Assembly (NCBI GenBank): GCA_022843175.1
Contig: JALHOE010000007.1
Location: 20,675 to 84,674, forward strand
Length of the DNA stretch: 64,000 nt
Direction of reading: 5' to 3'
DNA from: Deltaproteobacteria bacterium
GTDB lineage: Bacteria > Myxococcota_A > Polyangia > Polyangiales > JADJMO01
The notes below the pieces were generated by a model, which saw only the letters and a list, made by a program, of their open reading frames with translations, was not told the DNA's origin and made no database searches. Positions within the stretch are counted from its first letter, which is position 1. Each line of letters opens with the position of its first letter. The translations under genes were made by a program, and so were the position numbers. Below, one piece after another: positions 48,861-57,004 of the stretch.

Positions 48861-50617
48861 TGCTCGTCTCCCTCGCCGTCCGCGACTTCGTGCTGATCGA
48901 CGGGCTCACGCTGGAGCTCGGCCCGGGGCTCAACGTGCTCACGGGCGAGACCGGCGCGGGCAAGTCGATCCTGGTCGACGCGCTCGCCCTGGTGCTCGGC
49001 GGGCGCGCGCGGCCCGAGGTCATCCGCACCGGCAAGGACGGAGCCGAGGTCGAGGCGCTCTTCGATCTCAGCGGCCACCCCGAGCTGCAGAAGCAGCTCG
49101 AGGACGCCGAGCTCGGGAACGACGGCGAGCTCGTGGTGCGTCGCGTGGTCTCGGCCAACGGCCGCTCCAAGGCCTACGTCAACGGCCGCCTCGTGCCGGT
49201 CGCGCAGCTCGCCTCGTATATGCGCGGTCTCGTCGACGTCTCCTCGCAGCACGAGAGCCAGACGTTGTGCGATCCGAGCACCCACGCCGCGTTGCTCGAC
49301 GCCTACGCCGGCCTCGCCCCCACCCGCGACGCGCTCGCGCGCGAGGTCTCCGCGGTGCTCGCGCTCGACCGGACCATCGCCGAGGCCCGGGCGCGTATCG
49401 ACCAGCTCCGCGCGCGCGAGGACTTCCTCCGCTTCCAGCTCCACGAGCTCGACGAGCTCGACCCCCGCGCCGGCGAGGAGCGCGAGCTCGAGGCCACCCG
49501 CGCTCGGCTGCGCCACGCCGACAAGCTCGCGAGCACCACGCGGCGCGCATCCGACCGCCTCGACGCGGGCGACGACACCCTGCTCGACGCCCTCCGTCGC
49601 ATCGCCTCCGATCTCTCGCACGTCACCGAGCTCGACGAGTCGCTCGCGCCGCACGTCAAGACGATGGAGTCGGCGATCGCCGACCTCGAGGACGTCGCTC
49701 GCACCCTCGGCCGCTACGCCGACGACGTCGAGGCCGACCCGGCCCGCCTCAACGAGATCGAGGAGCGCCTGTTCAAGCTGCAGCGCCTACTCCGCAAACA
49801 CGGCCCCACCACCGACGACCTCGTCGCGCACCGCGAGAAGCTGCAGAGTGAGCTCGCGACGCTCGACTCGCTCGACGAGGGAGACAGCGCGGCCGAGCGC
49901 GCCGCGCTGGTGGCCCGCGCGACCGAGCAGGCCCGCAAGCTCTCGCTCGCGAGGCACAAAGCCGCGCGCGCCCTCGGCGACGCGATCGCCTCCGAGCTCT
50001 CGTCCCTCGCCATGGGCCGCGCGCGGATCATGATCGACGTGGCGCCCATCTCCGAGGGAGATCCCGACGGCCTCGCCGTCGCGCTCGAGGACGGCACCCG
50101 CGCCCGCCTCACCCGCGGCGGGATCGATCGCGTCGAGATCATGATCGCGCCGAACCCTGGCGAGGACCCGCGTCCGCTCCGCAAGATCGCGTCGGGCGGC
50201 GAGCTCTCTCGCGCGCTGCTCGCGATCAAGCGGGTGCTCGCCGCGCCCCGCTCCAAGGAGCTCTCGGTGTCCGCGGCGCCCGCCGGGCTGTACGTATTCG
50301 ACGAGGTCGACGCCGGCGTCGGCGGCGCGGTGGCCGAGGCGATCGGTCGCAAGATCGCCGATGTCGCCAAGCAGCACCAGGTGCTGTGCATCACGCACCT
50401 GCCGCAGATCGCCGCGTTCGCCGACGTCCACTTCGCCGTCGCGAAGCGTGAAGAGACCGGTCGCACCGTCACCGAGGTGAAGAGGCTCGAGGGCAAGCCC
50501 CGGATCGAGGAGCTCGCTCGCATGCTCGGCGGCGCGACGATCACGGCCACGACCCGCAAGATGGCCGAGGAGATGATCGGCGGCTCCGCGCGCAAGCCCA
50601 AACAGGCCCGCGCGTAG
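48860..50617 (+). CDS. recN: DNA repair protein RecN
   Basis: MLVSLAVRDFVLIDGLTLELGPGLNVLTGETGAGKSILVDAL (Walker A), long coiled coil, C-terminal ASGGELSR signature and YVFDEVDAGVGG Walker B. Confidence 0.9.
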   Translation: MLVSLAVRDFVLIDGLTLELGPGLNVLTGETGAGKSILVDALALVLGGRARPEVIRTGKDGAEVEALFDLSGHPELQKQLEDAELGNDGELVVRRVVSANGRSKAYVNGRLVPVAQLASYMRGLVDVSSQHESQTLCDPSTHAALLDAYAGLAPTRDALAREVSAVLALDRTIAEARARIDQLRAREDFLRFQLHELDELDPRAGEERELEATRARLRHADKLASTTRRASDRLDAGDDTLLDALRRIASDLSHVTELDESLAPHVKTMESAIADLEDVARTLGRYADDVEADPARLNEIEERLFKLQRLLRKHGPTTDDLVAHREKLQSELATLDSLDEGDSAAERAALVARATEQARKLSLARHKAARALGDAIASELSSLAMGRARIMIDVAPISEGDPDGLAVALEDGTRARLTRGGIDRVEIMIAPNPGEDPRPLRKIASGGELSRALLAIKRVLAAPRSKELSVSAAPAGLYVFDEVDAGVGGAVAEAIGRKIADVAKQHQVLCITHLPQIAAFADVHFAVAKREETGRTVTEVKRLEGKPRIEELARMLGGATITATTRKMAEEMIGGSARKPKQARA

Positions 50618-50638
50618 ACCGTCGAAACGGTCTCGCTC

Positions 50639-51007
50639 TCACGACAGCGAGGACTTGGAGGGCCGACGCGCGGTCGCGAGCGCCGAGATCACCACCTCGA
50701 TCGTGAGCGGCTTGCTGACGAATGGCACGCCGAAGCGGCGCGCGATCTCCACCTCCTGTGCGCTCGCCGACATCGCCACCACCGCCGGCCCGTCGCCCGC
50801 GCACGCGAGGGCCTCGAGCACCTCGGACGCGAGGCGGCGGCCGAGGCGCATGTCGAGGAGCAGCGAGTCGTAGCGATCGCATCGGATCGCGGCGAGCGCT
50901 TCCTCGACCGAGCCCACGGCCGTGGGGAGGAACCCCTCCTCGATCAGGAGCTCCACGAAGAGCAGCCGCAGCGAGAGATCATCTTCGACGACCAGCACGT
51001 GCTTCAT
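50639..51007 (-). CDS. Single-domain response regulator (CheY-like receiver)
   Basis: 122 aa. VLVVEDD acidic pocket, LLLDMRL phospho-acceptor Asp, VVAMSA, SKPL. Confidence 0.85.
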   Translation of the reverse strand: MKHVLVVEDDLSLRLLFVELLIEEGFLPTAVGSVEEALAAIRCDRYDSLLLDMRLGRRLASEVLEALACAGDGPAVVAMSASAQEVEIARRFGVPFVSKPLTIEVVISALATARRPSKSSLS

Positions 51008-51070
51008 GACCCGGGCAGCCTACGCGCCCTGCGCGAGCGGCGTATCACCCCTGCGGGGTGATGCCGTCGT

Positions 51071-52306
51071 TCAGCTGGCGGCGTCGAGCGCGCGCGCGAG
51101 GTCTTGGGCGAGGTCTCGCCAGTGCTCGACGCCCACGCTGAGCCGCACGAGCCCGTCGGTCACGCCCGAGGCGCGGAGATCCTCCTCCGACATCTCGGAC
51201 GCAGTCGTGGTGCGCGGGTGGCACGCGAGGGACTCGACGCCGCCGAGCGAGACGGCGAGGCGCACGAGGCGCAGCGCGTTCAGGAAGCGAAACGCCGCGG
51301 GCCGACCGCCGCGCAGCTCGATCGCGATCATCGACCCCGGCGCGCGACACTGGCTGCGGAAGATGCGCGCCTGATCGCCGGTGAACAACGATGGATGATG
51401 CACGCGCTCGACCGCCGGGTGCGCAGAGAGCATCGAGACCAGCTTGGTCGCGTTCTTCGACTGCTTGGTCATCCGCAACCACAGGGTGGCCATGCTCCGC
51501 TGCAGCATCCACGCGGTGAACGGCTCGCAGATCGTGCCGAAGAAGGCGCGGGTCGTCTTGATCCTGCTGATCACCGCCGGGTCGCGCGCGGCGACGGCGC
51601 CGGCGACGAGATCGCTGTGGCCCCCGAGGAACTTGGTCGCCGAATAGAGCACGACGTCGGCACCGTGCTCGAGCGGCGACTGGAACACCGGGCCGAGGAA
51701 GGTGTTGTCGACGAGCAGTTGCACGTGACGATCTGGTACGGCGCGATCGATGCCGGCCCGCACCGCGTCGAGGTCGATCATGTGCAGCGTCGGGTTGGCG
51801 GGGGTCTCGAGGTACACGAGCCCGAGCGTCGCGTGATGGCGCGCGAGCGCCTCGTCCCAGCCCCCGTCGTCCACCGCGATCGCCTCGATGTTCCACTCCG
51901 GGAGCATGTGGCGGAAGAAGTGGTCGGTGCCGCCGTACACCGGGCGTTGGTAGAGGAGCTTCTGCCCTGGCTTCGCGAGGGTCATCACGGTGCTGGTGAT
52001 GGCGGCCATCCCGCTCGTGAACGCGGCCGCCGCCGCGGCCCCGCGCTCGACCGAGCGGAGGCCGTCCTCGAACATCTCCGCGTTGGGGTGGTTGAGACGC
52101 GCGTAGATGAGCCCGACCGGCGAGCTGGTCTCCGCGGCGATCTTCCCGAGCGCGACCTCGAAGTAGCGCGCGGCCTCCTCGGCAGAGGGAAACGCGTAGG
52201 TGGAGACCGGGAAGATCGGCGGCCGCACCGCCATCATGCTGAGCTCGGGATCGAAGCCCTCGGACACCGAGCTCGTACGCGGATCGAGGAACGGAGGGGA
52301 TCGCAT
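51071..52306 (-). CDS. Cys/Met-metabolism PLP-dependent enzyme (cystathionine gamma-synthase / methionine gamma-lyase family)
   Basis: ATG at 52306. YARLNHPN, FTSGMAAI, LVDNTF, YSATKFLGGHSD (PLP-Lys), SLGGVESL. Confidence 0.85.
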   Translation of the reverse strand: MRSPPFLDPRTSSVSEGFDPELSMMAVRPPIFPVSTYAFPSAEEAARYFEVALGKIAAETSSPVGLIYARLNHPNAEMFEDGLRSVERGAAAAAAFTSGMAAITSTVMTLAKPGQKLLYQRPVYGGTDHFFRHMLPEWNIEAIAVDDGGWDEALARHHATLGLVYLETPANPTLHMIDLDAVRAGIDRAVPDRHVQLLVDNTFLGPVFQSPLEHGADVVLYSATKFLGGHSDLVAGAVAARDPAVISRIKTTRAFFGTICEPFTAWMLQRSMATLWLRMTKQSKNATKLVSMLSAHPAVERVHHPSLFTGDQARIFRSQCRAPGSMIAIELRGGRPAAFRFLNALRLVRLAVSLGGVESLACHPRTTTASEMSEEDLRASGVTDGLVRLSVGVEHWRDLAQDLARALDAAS

Positions 52307-52402
52307 GTGCGCGCTGTATAGGCGCGCGCGTGACGAACGTCGCGCGTACGCGCGCGAATCGGACGCGCCGCCGGGGCCCGCTTTTGGAAGAGCTAATCCT
52401 TT

Positions 52403-52427
52403 TTGTCCGTGGTTCTTGTCCGTGGTT
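52403..52427. promoter_or_regulatory. Tandem direct repeat TTGTCCGTGGTT x2 (13-nt period) in a divergent promoter region
   Basis: Read directly at 52403-52414 and 52416-52427, inside an AT-richer island between the PLP-enzyme gene and the 52559 lipoprotein gene. Confidence 0.35.
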
Positions 52428-52558
52428 AAGAATGCTTCCTGCGCGTTCAAGAAGTGAACGTTCAGTTTCCGAAGAGGGCACGAAAGCCACGCGAAAACTC
52501 ACCGGCACGAAGGCTGCTCAGGACCCCATCCGTCCCCCACCCCTCAAGAGGTATCGAC

Positions 52559-53515
52559 ATGAGCAACCTTCACCGCGCACTGATTGTCGGAGCGACCCTG
52601 GCCCTCGGAGCGTGCACCGTCGCGTGCGCCGGCACGTCCGACGAGCCCTCGAAGCCCGTCGTCGCGGTGAAGGAGCTCAAAGAGGGCCTGACGATCATGA
52701 AGACCGACGGGATCCTCAGCGGCGCTTTCCGTCGCGGGGACCGCGCGATCTTCTTCGAGACGCGCAGGGGTGCGCCGACGCTCGATGTCTACCGCGATCT
52801 CGACAAGTCCCTCGGGGCGTTCGAGACCGACGCCCGCGTCCTCGATGAGGACGGCCGCACCGTCTACGTGCGCATGGGTGGTGACACGCTCGATCCGGCC
52901 TGGGAGCTCGACCTGGAGCGCGAGGCGAAGTTGCCGATGGTCGATCCGCTCCGGCGCGCCGAGAGCTTCGAGCTCATCAAGGCCGCGTCGGACGAGCTCG
53001 CGAAGGCGGACCTCCCGATCGGCGTCGCGTTCGAGGCCAAGGCGCTCACGTCGATGAAGCTCGCCGTCTACGACGAGCTCCTGCGGCCCGCGGTCGAGAA
53101 GTCGATCAAGGAGGTCGGCTACGCGCCGGCCAACAACACCGTCGAGATCCACGGCCAGTGGATCATCTGGGGCGTCGCGGAGCACAGCGCCACTTGGCGC
53201 AACATCAACGGCACCGTGTACGACGCCTGCAACCACGGGTCGTGCGCGAGCGCGATGAGCCACTGGTGCACCGCGTCCGGGAGCAACACCTCCAACGCGG
53301 GCAACGAGCGCAGCACGTCGAACTCGTCGGTGACGGCGAACTGCAGCACCGGCTACAACTGGAACTCGACGGGCGGCGGGCACAACTGCCACGACGACTC
53401 CGTGCGCACTCTGTGGAACCAGAAGTACGGTCCTCAGGGCGCCAGCAACACGGGCGTCTGCAACAACGGCACGTCGCACTGGTATGGCCCGAGCTGCGGC
53501 GTGACCAGCTGGTGA
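52559..53515 (+). CDS. Lipoprotein with Cys/Asn/Ser/Trp-rich C-terminal module, unknown function
   Basis: Signal MSNLHRALIVGATLALGAC. C-terminal 120 aa reads CNHGSCASAMSHWCTASGSNTSNAGNERSTSNSSVTANCSTGYNWNSTGGGHNCHDD...GVCNNGTSHWYGPSCGVTSW. Native G/C bias at codon position 3. Confidence 0.6.
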   Translation: MSNLHRALIVGATLALGACTVACAGTSDEPSKPVVAVKELKEGLTIMKTDGILSGAFRRGDRAIFFETRRGAPTLDVYRDLDKSLGAFETDARVLDEDGRTVYVRMGGDTLDPAWELDLEREAKLPMVDPLRRAESFELIKAASDELAKADLPIGVAFEAKALTSMKLAVYDELLRPAVEKSIKEVGYAPANNTVEIHGQWIIWGVAEHSATWRNINGTVYDACNHGSCASAMSHWCTASGSNTSNAGNERSTSNSSVTANCSTGYNWNSTGGGHNCHDDSVRTLWNQKYGPQGASNTGVCNNGTSHWYGPSCGVTSW

Positions 53516-53587
53516 TCGAGAGCTGATGCGGCGCGAGCCGCAGAACGTGACGCGTGACGCGTGCGCCGGGCCACCCCGACGCGCGCG

Positions 53588-54025
53588 TTACGGCTTTTGT
53601 GCGCTGCCCGCGACGGCCGTGCCCGGCGGCGGCTTGAGCATCGCCTGCACCGCGCGCCCCCACGGATCGGTCGCCAGCTCGGCGAGCACCGGATCGCACC
53701 GCTTGTGGTCGACCTGGCTCTTGGGGATGAGGCAGTGCTGCGCCTCGGGCTTCAGCCGGGCGCAGGTCTCGTTGAACGTGGCCCTCGGCGGCAGCTGCTC
53801 CCAGGGCGGAGCCATCCCTGCGCTCACCGAGGCGGCCTCGAGCGCGACGAACGCGTTGTACGCGCTGTCGCACGGCGTGGCGCCCTCCGGCGCTTGCATC
53901 GCCGCGGTGATCGGCGCCTTGCGCGGATCGTGCTCCTCGTGAGCGGGCGCGCGCTCGAGCTTCTTGCGTTTGCACGAGAGCGAGAGGACCGTCACCGCCA
54001 TGATCCACACGAATTTGCGCGACAC
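53588..54025 (-). CDS. Small lipoprotein (about 145 aa), unknown function
   Basis: GTG at 54025 gives VSRKFVWIMAVTVLSLSC (lipobox). This is only the 3' end of listed ORF 53588-55951. 4 Cys in the mature part. Confidence 0.5.
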   Translation of the reverse strand: MSRKFVWIMAVTVLSLSCKRKKLERAPAHEEHDPRKAPITAAMQAPEGATPCDSAYNAFVALEAASVSAGMAPPWEQLPPRATFNETCARLKPEAQHCLIPKSQVDHKRCDPVLAELATDPWGRAVQAMLKPPPGTAVAGSAQKP

Positions 54026-54109
54026 GCTGGGAGTATAGTGGCGCAGAGATCCGTGGTCACTCGCTCCGCGCGTTGCCGTGTCATCGCGATCTGCTACCGG
54101 GAAGGGCTC

Positions 54110-54955
54110 ATGGTCCGTCGCCTCCTCGCCGTGATGGCGCTTGCAACCCTGGGCTGCCGTGGTGGGGAGGCCGCAACGGACGCGGTCGACGCCGCGACGG
54201 CCGAGGTCGACGCCACCGCCGAGGCGCCGAGCTTCAACAACCCAGCGGGCTCGGGCGCCTCGCACACGGTGACCGTCGGCGCCGCGGGCGGCGAGATCGG
54301 CGTCGGACTGGCGACGCTCGTCGTCCCCCCAAACGCGCTCGGGTCCGACACGGCCATCACGATCACCGAGTCGACGACGCCGGTCCCGAGCGACATGGAA
54401 GCGGCGACGCCGCTGTACGTGTTCTCGCCCGACATGCTGGAGTTCAAGCTCCCGGTGCAGATTCGGTTCGCGTACCCGGCGGGCCGCGACGACGCGATCG
54501 TCAACTGGTCGAGGCGGATGGGGCCGGGCTACGAGGCCATCTCGACCTGGCGCGAGGGCGCCCTGCTGTTCGGCGAAATCCGCCACTTCTCCAGCGGGTT
54601 CGTGGGCTTCGGCGGCTTCACGCTGCCTGTTGACACGGGCACCGCCGACAGCGGAGCGGACACCGCCGTCACCGATACGCTCGACGCGACGATCGTGGAC
54701 TCGGCCGGCGCCGACGCGGCCGACGCCGGCACCGACGCGAGCGATGCCGCCAGCGACGCGGCTGACGCCGGCACCGACGCGAGCGATGGCGCGAGCGATG
54801 TCGCGAGCGATGCCGCCAGCGATGCCGCGAGCGATGCCGGCGACGCGAGCGATGCCGCCAGCGATGATAGCGACGCGAGCGACGCGAGCGATGCCGCCAG
54901 CGATGCAGAGGACAGCGCGCCCGCGGGCGATGGGGACGCGAGCGACGCGGACTGA
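54110..54955 (+). CDS. Lipoprotein with ZU5-like domain, HFS motif and poly-acidic D/A/S tail
   Basis: ATG at 54110. Signal MVRRLLAVMALATLGC. GGEIGVGLATLVVPPNALGSDTAITI...PLYVFSPDMLEFKLPVQIRFAY...GEIRHFSSGFVG. Tail is DASDAASDAADAGTDASD... to the stop. Confidence 0.65.
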   Translation: MVRRLLAVMALATLGCRGGEAATDAVDAATAEVDATAEAPSFNNPAGSGASHTVTVGAAGGEIGVGLATLVVPPNALGSDTAITITESTTPVPSDMEAATPLYVFSPDMLEFKLPVQIRFAYPAGRDDAIVNWSRRMGPGYEAISTWREGALLFGEIRHFSSGFVGFGGFTLPVDTGTADSGADTAVTDTLDATIVDSAGADAADAGTDASDAASDAADAGTDASDGASDVASDAASDAASDAGDASDAASDDSDASDASDAASDAEDSAPAGDGDASDAD

Positions 54956-54962
54956 TCCGAGC

Positions 54963-56210
54963 TCAGCGCTCTCCGTTGCGGAGCACCCACGCGATCGCGA
55001 CCGCAGCGGCGACGAGCCCGAAATACACGCCGGCGTGCCGTTTGTGCTTCGAGCGCGCGTGGCGCGCCTCGACGGCGGGAGCGTGCGGATCGGCCGTTGG
55101 AACTTGAATCGGCGCGACGGCCGCCGGCTGCGGCGGGTCGATCGGCGCCGCGGAGCCATCGACGATCGACGGCACCAGGAACGCGGTGAGGTCTTGCGGT
55201 TGCAGGGTGGCGAGGCGCGCGACGGCCGCCTTCGCTGCGGCGGCGCGCGGCGCGTCGTCCCACGGCTTGGCGGTGAGCGCCTTGCGAAAGACCGCGGGTC
55301 GCCCGAGCGGCAGAAGGCGGCCCGACGCGTTGTAGCGCTTGGTGAGGCGAGCCTCGACGTCACCGATCGCGTCGACGAGCGACGCGGGGACGGCGGCCGT
55401 GTCCGCGGACGCGGTCTTTCCGATTTTGACGGCTTGCAGCGAGAGCCCGCTGCCGAGCCACGCCAGCGTGTGCACGCCGAGCGACGCGACGACCGGATCG
55501 CCGTGGAGCGCCGCGGCGTACGCGCGCTTGGCCACGTCGGTCCAGCCGTCCTCGTTCTCGGGCGTGAGGTCGAGGACGCGCTTGGGCAGGACGTCGCGGA
55601 AGGCGTCGAGCGTGAGGATCGAGGTGGGGATCGGCTCGACGATCGCGCCGAGCGGCAGGAACTCGGCGATGACGCGCTCCTCGTTCGCGGGGCCGGTGGG
55701 GCCGATGCCGCCCGCCGCACCGGGCGCGGACGGCGGGACCTGAATGTTCCCGACCGCGCCGAACTTGGCGACGCCGCTGCGCGCCGACTTGACCCGTCGC
55801 TCGACGCGCGAGCCCGGAACCTCGGCCTTGGGGAACGCGCTCCTCGGCACCTCGACGTGGAGGCCGCCGGTGGTGCCCTCGACGATCCAACGCACCGCGA
55901 CGGTGCCCGCCTCGCCGCGCCACTCGCGAACGTTGACGGCGCTGACGCCATCGGCGACCTGCACGTTGGTGAGCTTGTGGCCGAAGAAGGTCTGCTCGAT
56001 CGCGATCGTGGGCGCGGGACCGTCGGGGGCCGAGAGCGCGACCCTGGAGAAGTCGACCGCGCACCCGTCGCCGCGCACGCGCGCGGAGATCTCGACCATG
56101 CTGGTGTCGCCGCTGTCGGCGATGAGCACCCGCACCCCCTCGAAGCGGCAGATCTCGGCCGAGGCCGGGGCCGCCGTGAGCACGATCGCGGCGGCGAGCG
56201 CGACCCTCAT
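54963..56210 (-). CDS. Secreted, C-terminally TM-anchored protein translationally coupled to dapB
   Basis: ATG at 56210 overlaps the dapB stop (ATGA). Signal MRVALAAAIVLTAAPASA. C-terminal anchor GVYFGLVAAAVAIAWVL. Upstream part of listed ORF 54963-56792 is out-of-frame dapB. Confidence 0.6.
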   Translation of the reverse strand: MRVALAAAIVLTAAPASAEICRFEGVRVLIADSGDTSMVEISARVRGDGCAVDFSRVALSAPDGPAPTIAIEQTFFGHKLTNVQVADGVSAVNVREWRGEAGTVAVRWIVEGTTGGLHVEVPRSAFPKAEVPGSRVERRVKSARSGVAKFGAVGNIQVPPSAPGAAGGIGPTGPANEERVIAEFLPLGAIVEPIPTSILTLDAFRDVLPKRVLDLTPENEDGWTDVAKRAYAAALHGDPVVASLGVHTLAWLGSGLSLQAVKIGKTASADTAAVPASLVDAIGDVEARLTKRYNASGRLLPLGRPAVFRKALTAKPWDDAPRAAAAKAAVARLATLQPQDLTAFLVPSIVDGSAAPIDPPQPAAVAPIQVPTADPHAPAVEARHARSKHKRHAGVYFGLVAAAVAIAWVLRNGER

Positions 56211-57004
56211 CCGCCGAGCAGATCCTTGATGGTGTAGCGCCCGGGGTGCTTGGTGACGAGGTAACAAGCTGCGCGCAACGCCCCGTGCGCGAAGAGATCG
56301 CGGCTCGTGGCGCGGTGGGTGAGCTCGAGGCGCTCGCCCTGCCCGAAGAGGTGAACGACGTGATCGCCGATGACGTCGCCCCCGCGGATCGCGTGCACGC
56401 CGATCTCGCCGCGGCTGCGGGCGCCCACGTTGCCGTCGCGGCCGTGCACCAGCGGCTCGTCGCTCATCATGCCGCCGCGGACGGCGTCGATCAGGCGCTT
56501 GGCGGTGCCGCTCGGCGCGTCGATCTTCTTGTTGTGGTGGGTCTCGACGATCTCGACGTCGAACCCGAGGCCGAGCCGGCGGACCGCCTGCTCGACGAGC
56601 TCGGCGAGCAGCTGAACGCCGAGGCTCATGTTCGGCGCCCACATCATGGGGGCGACCTTGGCGAGCTCCTCGAGCGAACGCTGGGCCTCGTCCGGAAGGT
56701 TGGTCGTGCCGGAGACGAGCGCGAGTTTGCGCTCGCGGCAGGCGTCGGCCACCTTGGTGACCGCGTCGGGGTGCGAGAAGTCGATGACGCACTCGGCCTG
56801 CTGGAACGCGACCGCCGGATCGGACACGGTGGTCACGCCCTCGACGACCGTGCCGGCCTCGGCCGAGGCCGTGAGCGCGCCGACGACGACGCAGTGGTGC
56901 TCGGCCGCGAGACGCGAGACCGCGCGACCCATGCGACCGGTGGCGCCAGCGATGGCGATCCGGCGCGGCCCCGTCGACCGGTGCCTGCCGCTCCCGCGAT
57001 CCAT
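56207..57004 (-). CDS. dapB: 4-hydroxy-tetrahydrodipicolinate reductase
   Basis: RIAIAGATGRMGRAV (NAD(P)-binding), EIVETHHNKKIDAPSGTA, IRGGDVIGDH. Confidence 0.9.
   Translation of the reverse strand: MDRGSGRHRSTGPRRIAIAGATGRMGRAVSRLAAEHHCVVVGALTASAEAGTVVEGVTTVSDPAVAFQQAECVIDFSHPDAVTKVADACRERKLALVSGTTNLPDEAQRSLEELAKVAPMMWAPNMSLGVQLLAELVEQAVRRLGLGFDVEIVETHHNKKIDAPSGTAKRLIDAVRGGMMSDEPLVHGRDGNVGARSRGEIGVHAIRGGDVIGDHVVHLFGQGERLELTHRATSRDLFAHGALRAACYLVTKHPGRYTIKDLLGG

Noticed and set aside
52307-52470. SAM or methionine riboswitch in the leader of the PLP-enzyme gene
   Set aside because: I could not recognise SAM-I, SAM-II or SAM-SAH consensus elements by eye. This needs a covariance-model scan before any claim is made.
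53588-56792. 787-aa and 609-aa minus-strand ORFs taken at face value
   Set aside because: Each is a real 3' gene (the small lipoprotein and the dapB-coupled protein) fused to upstream antisense or out-of-frame sequence. The internal signal peptides mark the true starts.
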